A DNA stretch of 64,000 nucleotides from Candidatus Bathyarchaeota archaeon (GTDB lineage Archaea; Thermoproteota; Bathyarchaeia; 40CM-2-53-6), in contig CAVSBL010000002.1 of the NCBI GenBank assembly GCA_963726255.1, positions 224,001 through 288,000 on the forward strand, read 5' to 3'. Under the pieces are notes generated by a model. The model was not told where the DNA came from, did not search any database, and was given only the letters and a program-made list of their open reading frames with translations. Shown here one piece after another: positions 1 to 9,948 of the stretch. Position numbers and translations under genes: made by a program. Position 1 is the first letter of the stretch. Each line of letters starts with the position of its first letter.

Positions 1-1
1 C

Positions 2-343
2 GCTATCGAACCTTTTGTTACGTTGAAGAATGCTGAGGGCGCCGTCCGCGATGGCGATTCCGCATACATCTACCGCTTTGTTAAAGTTAAAGGCGCCAAA
101 TCAAGTGACGCAATCAAACTAGCGGAGTTTGTTAGGGAAACGTACAAGACCCTGCCTTTCGCTTCACGTTGGGCGCACAACTCTTGGAGTGGGGCCAATC
201 TCAGCGAGGCGTTTGAAGAACTGGTTAAGCGCCGCTGTATTGTTGGTTATCCTGTACTAGTTGAGGCGAGCGGCCATGTTGTTGCTCAGGCTGAGCACAC
301 AATAGTGGTAACTGAGAATGGCTGCCGGGTTCTGACTGCCTAG
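2..343 (+). CDS. map: Methionine aminopeptidase type II, C-terminal part (5'-truncated by window edge)
   Basis: Frame opens at window start as AIEPFVT; contains LPFASRW insert helix and YPVLVE...VAQAEHTIVV motif. Confidence 0.93.
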   Translation, partial: AIEPFVTLKNAEGAVRDGDSAYIYRFVKVKGAKSSDAIKLAEFVRETYKTLPFASRWAHNSWSGANLSEAFEELVKRRCIVGYPVLVEASGHVVAQAEHTIVVTENGCRVLTA

Positions 344-732
344 GTTTTCTTGGGCTTCAGGTCCTCGGCGTAGATGGTGTCAACGCGCATGTTGCCCTTG
401 CACTGTTGGCATTCTCCAACCTGTTTGGTCACATAGTCGCCTGCGCTGAATGTCCTAACAACTTTGAACCCGCAGTTCGCGCAGATGACGACACTAAGTA
501 CTTTGGCGGCGAGGGTTTGGAGCACTACCATTCGCCGGCGCATTTGGGTGATCGAAGAGATGGACAGCACAGTTCCAACGGACGCCATTATGCCGTACAC
601 GAAGAATTGTGGAAACTGTCCAGCTTCATAGTAGGTGAGGGCTTGGACCATTGCCCACATTGAGATTGCTAGAATGACTAGAGCGAAGGCGATGAGTAAG
701 TATGCGTAGTACGTTGACGGCTTGTTACTCAT
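340..732 (-). CDS. Small membrane protein with C-terminal Zn ribbon
   Basis: Two TM segments then CANC...CQQC; directly downstream of the DUF1512 gene. Confidence 0.8.
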   Translation of the reverse strand: MSNKPSTYYAYLLIAFALVILAISMWAMVQALTYYEAGQFPQFFVYGIMASVGTVLSISSITQMRRRMVVLQTLAAKVLSVVICANCGFKVVRTFSAGDYVTKQVGECQQCKGNMRVDTIYAEDLKPKKT

Positions 733-742
733 TAGCGCTCGC

Positions 743-1876
743 CTAGGGTGCTATGCCGGCGGTATTGCCAATGCCGGCGATTATGACGAGTTCGCCTTCT
801 TTGGTGCGTTCGAGAATTAGCCGCTTAATTCTATCCAATACGGGCTCAGCGGCCTCAGCGATTTCCTTTTTCATTGTGGTAACTGCTTCTTGTATGCTCT
901 GTTTGATTACGATGGCGTAGACCGGAATGCCGAATTTCGTAGCCTCCTCTTCTATCTTGAACCGCTCTGTTCCGATTCCACCGATCGCAGCGCCAATCCC
1001 TTCGCTAACTTCGCCAGTCTTCTCTCCCTCTAACTTCAGGGCAGCGTCGACCATGATTATCATCGATGCTTTGCCGTTGTTTTCTTCCAGGACTATGCGT
1101 ATCGCGTCACCTGGCTTTCCAACGTTACCGCCTGGGCCTTCTGCCTTGAGTGCAATGACTTTGCGGCCTTCAATGGTCGTTTCGGCCGCTACCATGTCCT
1201 TCTCCACTTTTCTAGTTTCGTGGCCACGCATCAGTTTCGAGGCTACGAGTGCGCCGGCACCGTCACCTATCGGGTGCCCTTCTGCGAAGGCCTTCGTCGC
1301 GCCTTGGTAGGCGTCGGCTTCCATCATGATTAACGGTAGGAAGGCTTGGAGTTGGAATATTACGAAAATGCTGAACGTCTTCTTACCCAGTAAGTACAAG
1401 TGGCGAACAACTTTGAACATGAAGTTCAATGCCCAAGTCGCTTCAACCAAGTTCTCGAGATTGTTAACTTGTGTAGGGGTCGCTTCGGGCGCAATCCTAG
1501 CCACGTCCGCCTTGAACTTCGTCTCACGAACATCGAGCAGGTGATCAAACTTATTGACAACTCCCGATGGATCCATGTTAACAGGCTCGATTAGGAATTG
1601 CTCGAGGAGTGAGTTCAACCGCGGTGCCGGGTCATCTTTGGGCTTGCCTATGTCTCGGATTATTTTGAGTGTGAGTGATGCTGCGTCGTTTCTCATGTGT
1701 TCGAGTTTTCTGACCGCGCCGTCAATTTGCATAAGAGCGATTCGGCTCTGAATTTGTTGCCCAAACACCATGAAGGCAAGGAACGAGACGACGAAAAGTA
1801 TGTTCAGTATGTTGTTGACTCCGCTTGCCCCGAAGATTCCGGTTTCAAGTACTATTGTGAGTAGCTGAGATAGCAA
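743..1876 (-). CDS. DUF1512 family protein
   Basis: N-terminal TM; PIGDGAGALVA, GPGGNVGKPG, DAALKLEGE, GAAIGGIGTE and GIGNT motifs. Confidence 0.88.
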   Translation of the reverse strand: MLSQLLTIVLETGIFGASGVNNILNILFVVSFLAFMVFGQQIQSRIALMQIDGAVRKLEHMRNDAASLTLKIIRDIGKPKDDPAPRLNSLLEQFLIEPVNMDPSGVVNKFDHLLDVRETKFKADVARIAPEATPTQVNNLENLVEATWALNFMFKVVRHLYLLGKKTFSIFVIFQLQAFLPLIMMEADAYQGATKAFAEGHPIGDGAGALVASKLMRGHETRKVEKDMVAAETTIEGRKVIALKAEGPGGNVGKPGDAIRIVLEENNGKASMIIMVDAALKLEGEKTGEVSEGIGAAIGGIGTERFKIEEEATKFGIPVYAIVIKQSIQEAVTTMKKEIAEAAEPVLDRIKRLILERTKEGELVIIAGIGNTAGIAP

Positions 1877-1971
1877 TAATATTCCTCTAACTCTTTTGAT
1901 TAGCGGAGCCGACCATGTAATAAACGTTCATTCAACTGACTAAGCGCCGATGAATCAAGTCACAAAATTAA

Positions 1972-2100
1972 TGGAGTCGGCAGCGGTCCGGGGCTCGCAT
2001 GGCCTTTCGGAACATACTACTACCCGAATCGCCTGAGAGATTCACTTCCGTGTTCGGAATGGGAACGGGTCCTAGCCCTCAGCTATGGCCGCCAACTCCA
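1972..2100 (-). rRNA. rrf: 5S rRNA, not linked to 16S/23S
   Basis: Reverse strand reads GGAGUUGGCGGCCAUAGC...CCCGUUCCCAUUCCGAACACGGAAGUGAA...GCUGCCGACUCC; terminal helix pairs; loop C CCGAAC present; TTTATTTA box about 22 nt upstream. Confidence 0.95.
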
Positions 2101-2160
2101 AGCCAACTGCGGCCCAGCGAATAAATAAACATAGAGCCTGCAAGATATGCTGCGTTCAGC

Positions 2161-3324
2161 TTGACAACCCTACGTGACGTCGCCATAATCGGAGTCGGAA
2201 TGACACCGGTTACGGCAGGCTCCGGAAAGAGCCTAACAGAACTATTCGTCGAAGCCGCTACTGAAGCGATAGAAGATTCTGGAGTCGACAAAATCGACTC
2301 CATCTACGTCGGAAACATGATGTCAGGGTTTCTACAGAACCAAGAACATTTGGGCGCTTTAATGGCGACGGCGCTTGGAAAGGAAGGTGTCCCAACTTAC
2401 AAGGTTGAAGGTGCTTGCGCCTCGGGTGGCGTGGCCGCCAACGCTGGCGTGAAGGGTGTGTTGTCGGGCTTGGAGGAGGTTGCCCTCGTGGGAGCTGTTG
2501 AGAAGATGTCGGGTTACACGACGCCTGAGGTGACTTCGGGCCTTATGATGGCTGAGGACAAGGCCCGGGTTGGCGCTACAGGTGTCACCTTCGTTGGCCT
2601 CAACGCGATGATTGCGCGGGAATATATGCGCAAGTACAATGTCCCGCACGAACTCCTCGCGGAGTTTCCCGTCCTCTGCCACGAAAACGCCCTCGACAAC
2701 CCGAAGGCCCAATTCCACAAGAGCATTACCGTAGAAGACGTTCTCAACTCGCCTCTGGTGGCCGACCCATTGCGGCTATACGATTGTTCCGCCATTGGAG
2801 ACGGCGCAGCCGCCCTTATCTTAACGACGGTGAAGAGAGCGAAGCAATTCACGGATTCGCCAGTAAAGATCGTCGCTTCAACCGTAGCGTCAGACAGGCT
2901 CAGCCTCTACCAGCGCCCAGACCTCACCACATTTGAAGGGTCGAGGAAAGCTGCTCAACGAGCTTACGAGGTTGCGGGTGTGAAGCCCAAAGAAATCGAC
3001 CTATTGGAAGTCCACGACGCCTTCTCCGTTCTTGGTATCATGGCCTTAGAAGACTTGGGTTTCGCATCGAAGGGGTCCGGGAGTCAACTAGTCAAGGATG
3101 GCGTATGCGCGCGGGATGGTCGTTTGCCTACAAACACGTTTGGAGGCTTGAAGGCTAGAGGCCATCCTGTTGGGGCCAGTGGAATGTACCAAATCGCCGA
3201 GTTAGCCCTTCAATTGGCCAAGAAAGCTAGGAAATGCCAAGTCCCAGAGGCCCACATAGGTATGTCACAGAGCGTGGGCGGGATTGGTGGTACGGTCGCG
3301 GTGCACATACTCAGAAGCGATTAG
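2161..3324 (+). CDS. Thiolase (acetyl-CoA C-acyltransferase, archaeal SCP2-like type)
   Basis: EGACASG catalytic Cys, EVHDAF and GHPVGASG motifs. Confidence 0.93.
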   Translation: MTTLRDVAIIGVGMTPVTAGSGKSLTELFVEAATEAIEDSGVDKIDSIYVGNMMSGFLQNQEHLGALMATALGKEGVPTYKVEGACASGGVAANAGVKGVLSGLEEVALVGAVEKMSGYTTPEVTSGLMMAEDKARVGATGVTFVGLNAMIAREYMRKYNVPHELLAEFPVLCHENALDNPKAQFHKSITVEDVLNSPLVADPLRLYDCSAIGDGAAALILTTVKRAKQFTDSPVKIVASTVASDRLSLYQRPDLTTFEGSRKAAQRAYEVAGVKPKEIDLLEVHDAFSVLGIMALEDLGFASKGSGSQLVKDGVCARDGRLPTNTFGGLKARGHPVGASGMYQIAELALQLAKKARKCQVPEAHIGMSQSVGGIGGTVAVHILRSD

Positions 3325-3327
3325 TCA

Positions 3328-3651
3328 ATGGGCGAAACCAAAGGCGTCCAAGGCTACCGTTGCCCAAAATGTCACTGGTCTGACTTCTTCGAAACCAAAA
3401 CGTGCCCACAATGCCACAGCAAAGTGAGTGAGGTCTTGTTGTCGGGTAGGGGAAAGATTGCGACCTTCACTGTAATCAGATATCCCCCCAAGGGGTTCGA
3501 GAAAGACGCACCGTATATTGTCGGGCTCGTAGACCTCGAGAATGGGCCCAGAGTAATCGGTAGATTCACGGCGAACCCTGAAGAACTCAAAATTGCCAAA
3601 GTCGTACAATATACTGGGAAGACCCAGGACGCGTTGTGGTTTCGAATCTGA
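3328..3651 (+). CDS. DUF35 Zn-ribbon/OB-fold thiolase partner
   Basis: CPKC...CPQC then GKIATFTV...PYIVGLVDL; adjacent to thiolase. Confidence 0.92.
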   Translation: MGETKGVQGYRCPKCHWSDFFETKTCPQCHSKVSEVLLSGRGKIATFTVIRYPPKGFEKDAPYIVGLVDLENGPRVIGRFTANPEELKIAKVVQYTGKTQDALWFRI

Positions 3652-3713
3652 AATCACTCTTCGTGCCGGAAAACTTCGAAAGGCCTAATTCATTTCAAAG
3701 CCAATCCCTAAGA

Positions 3714-5192
3714 TTATCGACTCTCTTTGACTTGGAAGGCTCTCTCGATATGTTTTGCTCGGTAGTATTGCCATTTGATCTGGCGAACCACGTTAGCCAG
3801 AAAGACTTCACCTTGATGGTATGCCCGATCCAGTATTGCATCTCTAGAGAGAAAGTCCTTCTTCAGGTCGCGTAGTTCTTTCTTCGGCGCGAAGAACACG
3901 AAAACTGGAACGCCCATGACAAATACTGTCGCTGCGACTAGAATTTGTTGAGCATTTACTGAAATCATCAACAGAACGGAGAAAATCACGCCCAGAACCG
4001 GTACCACGATTCTCTCCCAGATGCTAAGCCGGCCCTTAGCATAATCCTTCTCGAGCCGAACGGCCGATATGCACGTTGCCAGGTAGGCAAACGAAAGAAG
4101 GAAAACCGAACTGTTGATCAGCGCAGAGATACCATTAGTTACGCTAGCAACAAACGCCGTAGAACATATCACGATTACCGCAACGTACGGGGTTTGATAC
4201 GCCTTCTGCAACTTACTGAAAACTTTGGGTAAGAGCCCGTCAATTGACATTGCAAACGCTAGTCTGGTAGTTCCGATGCTCGCTGATTCATCCGCCCCTA
4301 GGATTGATACGAGAGCGCCGACGGCGAGAATCAAACCGCCGAAGACGGCTAGGCCTGGTGAGAAGTTTAGCACATTTGATGCAGCCACGGTCAAAGGCGC
4401 AGGTGAAGCAGCCAAGGTTTTCTGGTCTACGACACCGACAACAACAAAGTTCGTGATCACGTAGAAGGCTGTAACAATTAGCATTCCAAACAGCAGGGCC
4501 TTCGGGAGCGTCTTCCTCGGATTCTGAACCTCATCCGCAGGGAGACTTGATAGTTCGAATCCTGCGTAGGCCCAGAAGATGAGTACCAGTGCTGGACCCA
4601 CATTCATTAGACTGCCTTTGAGAAACGGTTGAAAGTTTGCAGCACTCGAAGCCGGATGTAAGCCCATGAAAACTGAACCCAAACATATGAGAAGGAAGAG
4701 GGGACCTAATTTCAAGATCGTCAAGACGTCGTTGAGTCTTCCTGCAGTCTTAACACCATAAATGTTAGTCACGGTGATGACTACTATGAAGATCACTTTC
4801 AATAGTAGCTGAGTAAGTGGGTTCAAGCCCGGTATTATGGCGAGAAAGTATTGCGCAAAGGCTCCAGGGTATACGGAGAGCGTGAACCATTCCGCCAGCA
4901 AAAGTGCCCAGCCAACCATGAAACCAGGAAAGGGTCCTGCCACTCTCGTTGCGTAGGCATAGGAACCGCCCACTTTTGGCAAGAACGAGGCACAATAGGC
5001 GAAACAGAGGGCGATCACGATAGAAAGCCCTCCCGCTATCACCCATATCACGAGTGAAGCTGGACCAAGGAGTTTGGCGCTGAGGGCGGGTACTACGAAG
5101 ATGTCGGCTCCAATCGCTGAGCCGACCACCAGGTTTGTCGTGTCAAAAGTGTTCAGTTGCCGTTTCAGAATGATTTTTCGATTCGTTTTCAA
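3714..5192 (-). CDS. APC-family amino acid permease
   Basis: GSAIGADIF, GGSYAY and WAYAGFE motifs; about 12 TM segments. Confidence 0.92.
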   Translation of the reverse strand: MKTNRKIILKRQLNTFDTTNLVVGSAIGADIFVVPALSAKLLGPASLVIWVIAGGLSIVIALCFAYCASFLPKVGGSYAYATRVAGPFPGFMVGWALLLAEWFTLSVYPGAFAQYFLAIIPGLNPLTQLLLKVIFIVVITVTNIYGVKTAGRLNDVLTILKLGPLFLLICLGSVFMGLHPASSAANFQPFLKGSLMNVGPALVLIFWAYAGFELSSLPADEVQNPRKTLPKALLFGMLIVTAFYVITNFVVVGVVDQKTLAASPAPLTVAASNVLNFSPGLAVFGGLILAVGALVSILGADESASIGTTRLAFAMSIDGLLPKVFSKLQKAYQTPYVAVIVICSTAFVASVTNGISALINSSVFLLSFAYLATCISAVRLEKDYAKGRLSIWERIVVPVLGVIFSVLLMISVNAQQILVAATVFVMGVPVFVFFAPKKELRDLKKDFLSRDAILDRAYHQGEVFLANVVRQIKWQYYRAKHIERAFQVKESR

Positions 5193-5460
5193 TCATGTTC
5201 ACAGCCGTTTACGGTTTCATCCCAATCTGCTGATAGCCGACGGTAACGAACCGAGCTATACATGCTCAGGTTTGGTTCAACGCTGATTTCAAACTCACCC
5301 GAAAGGGGCATAAGCCGATTTTTATAGTAGTCCAGCCTCTTATGGCGGCAGTATACTGGAGATGTTACGTGCGGGATGATGGAAGGGCCTACTGGCCCGT
5401 GCCGATTGTCGCGGGTACTATCTTTTGTATAACTAGAAAATAGGGAAGGTGGAAAACAAA

Positions 5461-5613
5461 ATGGGTTATCAGAATAGAAGTTACGGTGCCCCAAGGCAAA
5501 TGACGAAAGTCAAATGCTCTGAATGCGGCGCAGACACAGAAGTACCATTCGTGCCAACGTCGGGTAAACCGGTCTACTGCAGAGAGTGCTACCAGAAGCA
5601 CCGAAGATACTAG
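5461..5613 (+). CDS. CxxC-x17-CxxC small zinc-finger protein (50 aa, absent from the ORF track)
   Basis: Manual translation MGYQNRSYGAPRQMTKVKCSECGADTEVPFVPTSGKPVYCRECYQKHRRY; GGAAGGTGG SD-like sequence upstream. Confidence 0.92.
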   Translation: MGYQNRSYGAPRQMTKVKCSECGADTEVPFVPTSGKPVYCRECYQKHRRY

Positions 5614-5836
5614 GACAAACGTCCTAGGACCGAGAATGACCGGAATTTCTCTATTTTTCTTATATTACCTACGTCCCACACCCTGGGACTGTTTCTTTCG
5701 TGTATGTCATACCACTGTTGAGCGGTAGTACCACGTTCAGCGCTTTGTGGGAAGCTTAAGGTGAAATTTTGGCTCCTCGTGAATCTAGGTGTGAAATCGG
5801 GTAGGTGATAACTGTTTTTATGTCATTCGCAAACGC

Positions 5837-6793
5837 TTGGTGCTTCTGAATCATGGGAATGATGGTGTGAACCAGTTGGATTCGAGCTTGGTCGGGGAAG
5901 CGGCCGCGGTAATCACTTCAGGCCTCTGGACCTTTAGTTCAGTGTTTTTCACGGCCGCTGGGCGAAGGATCGGTTCGCTTAGCGTGAACGCTTACCGCAC
6001 CGTTATGGCGGTGGGTTTTCTCCTGGTTGCACATGTTGTTTTGCTCGGGAGCATCTTTCCCTTGGCGAGTGTTGGGCAATGGTTCTGGATGGGGGCGAGC
6101 GGGGTTGTGGGCTTGGGGATTGGTGATTCTGGGTTGTTCGCGGCGTATGTGATGATTGGCCCGAGACGTTCTCTGCTACTGATGGCTTTGGCGCCTATCT
6201 TCGCCTCGTTGGGCGCGTACATCATGCTGGGGGAAACTCTTCCAGCAGTAGCTGTACTTGGCATTGCTTTGACCTTAGGTGGGGTTGTGTTAGTGATCCT
6301 GGAACGGGAGGAGCGCTCTGGTGAGGCTCCTGTCTCAGGGAAATTGAAGAAGTATGGCGCCTTCTGCGGATTGGTCGCTGCAATTGGGCAGGGGGTGGGA
6401 TTGGTTTTGGCGAAGAAAGGGATCGAGCTTAACCCGGCGGTAACCTTGAACCCACTTTCGGCCACGTTAATGCGCATGGTTCTTGGGGCCTTTTCGCTTT
6501 GGCTCCTTATGTTGACTACCGGAAGGTTGGCCGACCTCCAGAAGGCCTTCACGAATACGGAAGGGATGCGTCAGACCGCCGCCGCTGCGTTTCTGGGGCC
6601 TTTCCTTGGTGTCACGCTCTCAATGGTTGCCGTGACCTTCGCCGAAACAGGTATCGCACAGACCCTACTCTCATTGATGCCTGTCATGATCATCCCAGTA
6701 GTCTGGATCCTTTACCGCCAGAAGACAAGTTGGCGAGGAATCTTGGGGGCAGCAATTGCAGTAATCGGGGTCTCGATTCTCTTCCTGGTTTAA
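5837..6793 (+). CDS. DMT/EamA family transporter
   Basis: About 10 TM segments in two EamA repeats; GLGIGD...IGPRR; true start may be 5867. Confidence 0.9.
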   Translation: MVLLNHGNDGVNQLDSSLVGEAAAVITSGLWTFSSVFFTAAGRRIGSLSVNAYRTVMAVGFLLVAHVVLLGSIFPLASVGQWFWMGASGVVGLGIGDSGLFAAYVMIGPRRSLLLMALAPIFASLGAYIMLGETLPAVAVLGIALTLGGVVLVILEREERSGEAPVSGKLKKYGAFCGLVAAIGQGVGLVLAKKGIELNPAVTLNPLSATLMRMVLGAFSLWLLMLTTGRLADLQKAFTNTEGMRQTAAAAFLGPFLGVTLSMVAVTFAETGIAQTLLSLMPVMIIPVVWILYRQKTSWRGILGAAIAVIGVSILFLV

Positions 6794-6853
6794 GATTCGG
6801 TCGTCAGGGCTCTTGGTTGATATAGTTGTGAACTGCTAGTTGGACTTGAGATT

Positions 6854-9598
6854 ATGATGGAGCATACGGAACGAACTGGCGCGCCTCAGCGACTTTTCGC
6901 CTTTTCAGGCTTGATTATTGTAGCGTTGGTCTTCGTCGGCGTGATCTTCTACGGGCTTTCAGTGTACTTGGATTGGATTGTACTCCAGTACATGTACCTT
7001 TCCAAGGCGGGGCTCAACTGGTTCTCGATAAACTTCTATCACAACAACACATTCATCGTCGCCGCTGTGCTAGCGCTTCTCTTCGTCAACCCGATTCCCA
7101 GGAGGAGTCATCTCTTTGAGTGTTTGTCGGCGCTAGGCGGCGCATTCGCCCGCGTCAGAGGCGAAGAGGAAACAGTCTCGCTCGGCTTCGGCAAGGTTGT
7201 CTGGTTGTTCTGGCAGGTGGCGAAGTGGGGTGTTGCATTTTCGGTGATCACAACCGCGAATGGCATACCAGGCTTCGACAACATGACGCTCGTGATCACA
7301 ATGCTACAAAGCGGATTAGGCAACTGGCACCAGGTCTTGAGCGTCTTTCAGCTTCCGATGGTTCCAGTTTCAGGAACCGAGCTTGTTGCGCTGATGCCCA
7401 CTATGGAAGTTCAGTATCGTCTAATCTATGACATCGTTATTGCGGTCGTTTTTGTCGCGGTACTCAGGCTCGTTCTGATGAGCCTCCGCGACTTCACTCG
7501 CATGAAGACAAACGCTTGGATGAGGGATCTATTCCTGATCCTATCTCTATTGGTTCTCGTAGTGGTTGTAGGTGCCCCATATTGGGTCATGAACATTGTA
7601 ACACCCAACGATTATCTGATCGCAGTCACAGTCTTGATAGGCTTCCTTCTCATCGCAGCGTCTTTCCAATTCGGAGTCATACGACGAACTATAGGCATGA
7701 AGCGCCGCAAACGCTGGGCAGTCTACGTCCTTGGCTTGCTGTTTCTCGCCATCCTCATCGTGAACATAGGCTTCGTCGCAGGCTACTCCCTGAACTGGAA
7801 CAATAACTGGACGAACTATGAATGGAAACCCATGACGATGAAGGAGATCGAGGTCACGCGGTGGGCGGCAGGAATCCAGAACGTCACTGAGGCGCCCCTC
7901 TCAAGCCTTCCCGCAGGCAACACTAGTATAATCGTCTCGCTGGTTCGACAATGGGACCACGATGCATCTTATACGAAGATGAAAAATCAGATAGGCGTTA
8001 ATTGGATGCAGCTCAGCGCGTCGCAGATAATCTACCTTAACGGCCATGAGTACTGGGCTGCTCCTACTACGATCAACTACCCGACCGATGACTGGATAAG
8101 CCATCACCTGATTTACACTCACGCTGCCAAAATTATCGTAATCGATAGCCACACGGGCGATTACGTTTCGGTTCAGAAGGCATTCGGAGTCAACGCGGAA
8201 CCTTCGATCTACTATGGCGAGCAACTCGCAGATGATGTCTACGTTCATGTAAGAGGCTTCGAGGAAATAGGAAACGCCTCCTACACCGGCGAGCCTGACT
8301 ATGTTCTGTCAGGCTGGCAACGGATGTTGTGGTTCCTCGTGAAGCAAGGTCAGGTTGGCTTCGCATTCAGCCCTCCCCAGGAGGATATCATGATGCTGCA
8401 CAACCGTGACGTTTACCAGAGAGTGCAAGGCATACTCATTAATGGACTGACAACGGACCGCGCAAGCTACCTCGTCACAGACGGTACCCGCATCTATTAC
8501 CTCGTGCAAGTCTATACAGATTACCCGATTCATTCCGGATTCTCCGGAAGCAATTACCTCCGATTTTTCGGTGTAGTTCTGGTGGACGTTGAAGACGGAC
8601 GCATGTATCCTTATGTTATTGCGAAACCGGACGGTTTTCTAGTCGACTTCTACAGGCAATATTATTCTTCATGGAAAGCACCGCCGGACTGGCTTGTCGC
8701 CCAGCTGCGTTATCCTGAGGACCTGCTCGGGACTGCCGACAACCCTGGACAATTGGATGTAGCTTTCAGATACCACGTGAGCGACCCATTCATCTGGCGA
8801 TCAGGATCTGACTTCTATGAGCGACCAGAAGCCACGGAAGTGCTCTATATTCTAGCCACATCCGGAAACCGTGCAGACTTTGTAGGGCTACAGCTCGTAG
8901 AATACCAACTATCTCCCGGCAGAAATCTTGCCGGGATGTTCATCGCGTATGGTAGTGATCAGTTGGGAAGGTTGAATCTCTACAGAATATCAAATTCAAC
9001 GACACAGCTGATCGGGCCATCCGCCGCTCTCCAAGCCGTTGAAACCGACGACTACGTACGCCAACAGTTAACGCTGTTACCGAACTACAGGCTGGGCAAC
9101 ATCTTGCTGTATCTGATCGGCGACCACCTGTACTATTTCATTCCAGTCTACATCAACACACAAGTCGAGAATGCTGTAATCACAAAAATGGCGTTCGTGA
9201 CGATCATCGACGCATCGACAGGCGCTAGGGTGGCGGTTGGAGAAGACTCAGCTCAAGCATACTACGCAATCTCCGGCGGGACTCCCCTCATACTGGGGTC
9301 TGCGGAGCGTCAGACGAAACTCAACTCCGTATTCACAAACAAGGGATACTCACTAATCAGCCCGAATAAGATAAACGCGAATGTCGAAATTCAAGTCGGT
9401 AACATCACCTTCACCGATGAGACACAGTGGACTTCCGTCAATGCTACAGTGAACAATTTCATCGCAAGTTACTCTCAGAAATACAAAGTGTCAGAAATCT
9501 ACTATTGGACCTCGCCAGACGGGAGCATCAACTATGGGGTACTCATCTCCGATAGCGGAGTCGTGAAACTCTACTATATCAGCATCCAGATCAGGTAG
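6854..9598 (+). CDS. UPF0182 (COG1615) membrane protein
   Basis: Multi-TM N-half; VRQWD, HLIYTH, IYYGE, LRYPEDL and LGNILL motifs. Confidence 0.85.
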   Translation: MMEHTERTGAPQRLFAFSGLIIVALVFVGVIFYGLSVYLDWIVLQYMYLSKAGLNWFSINFYHNNTFIVAAVLALLFVNPIPRRSHLFECLSALGGAFARVRGEEETVSLGFGKVVWLFWQVAKWGVAFSVITTANGIPGFDNMTLVITMLQSGLGNWHQVLSVFQLPMVPVSGTELVALMPTMEVQYRLIYDIVIAVVFVAVLRLVLMSLRDFTRMKTNAWMRDLFLILSLLVLVVVVGAPYWVMNIVTPNDYLIAVTVLIGFLLIAASFQFGVIRRTIGMKRRKRWAVYVLGLLFLAILIVNIGFVAGYSLNWNNNWTNYEWKPMTMKEIEVTRWAAGIQNVTEAPLSSLPAGNTSIIVSLVRQWDHDASYTKMKNQIGVNWMQLSASQIIYLNGHEYWAAPTTINYPTDDWISHHLIYTHAAKIIVIDSHTGDYVSVQKAFGVNAEPSIYYGEQLADDVYVHVRGFEEIGNASYTGEPDYVLSGWQRMLWFLVKQGQVGFAFSPPQEDIMMLHNRDVYQRVQGILINGLTTDRASYLVTDGTRIYYLVQVYTDYPIHSGFSGSNYLRFFGVVLVDVEDGRMYPYVIAKPDGFLVDFYRQYYSSWKAPPDWLVAQLRYPEDLLGTADNPGQLDVAFRYHVSDPFIWRSGSDFYERPEATEVLYILATSGNRADFVGLQLVEYQLSPGRNLAGMFIAYGSDQLGRLNLYRISNSTTQLIGPSAALQAVETDDYVRQQLTLLPNYRLGNILLYLIGDHLYYFIPVYINTQVENAVITKMAFVTIIDASTGARVAVGEDSAQAYYAISGGTPLILGSAERQTKLNSVFTNKGYSLISPNKINANVEIQVGNITFTDETQWTSVNATVNNFIASYSQKYKVSEIYYWTSPDGSINYGVLISDSGVVKLYYISIQIR

Positions 9599-9608
9599 GT
9601 GCAGGTCA

Positions 9609-9902
9609 TTGGAAGTCGTGCGGGAAGAGTTTGAACTGTGGCTGACGAGCAGGTATTCGAACCCTTTCTGGCTTGGACATCACAGATTCGAGAAAACCGC
9701 AACGGGCGAGATCCGCGTAGACAACGGCATATTCAACAGAGAAGAAGCGGTTATACTCTTCCGGATGCTCAAGTCACGCGACCCGTTCACCCGTCTCAAC
9801 GCTAAGTTTGTGATCTGGGAGAGAAACCGAACTCTCCTTATTCTCCTCTTGGTTGGAACGATCTTGCTGCTTGCACTTGTAGTCATAAGGATCCGAAGAT
9901 AG
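9609..9902 (+). CDS. Hypothetical small protein with C-terminal TM anchor
   Basis: Co-oriented 10 nt after UPF0182 with AGGTG SD-like sequence. Confidence 0.7.
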   Translation: MEVVREEFELWLTSRYSNPFWLGHHRFEKTATGEIRVDNGIFNREEAVILFRMLKSRDPFTRLNAKFVIWERNRTLLILLLVGTILLLALVVIRIRR

Positions 9903-9948
9903 CGCATCCAATCCCGTTGGAAAACATCAGTTCCCACGTGGTGATGTG

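Noticed and set aside
2161-3651. Mevalonate-pathway thiolase/HMG-CoA synthase operon
   Set aside because: No HMG-CoA synthase nearby; the pathway cannot be assigned from this window
5370-5420. C/D box sRNA or fluoride riboswitch at GGGATGATGGAAG
   Set aside because: No CUGA D box and no riboswitch pseudoknot partner found
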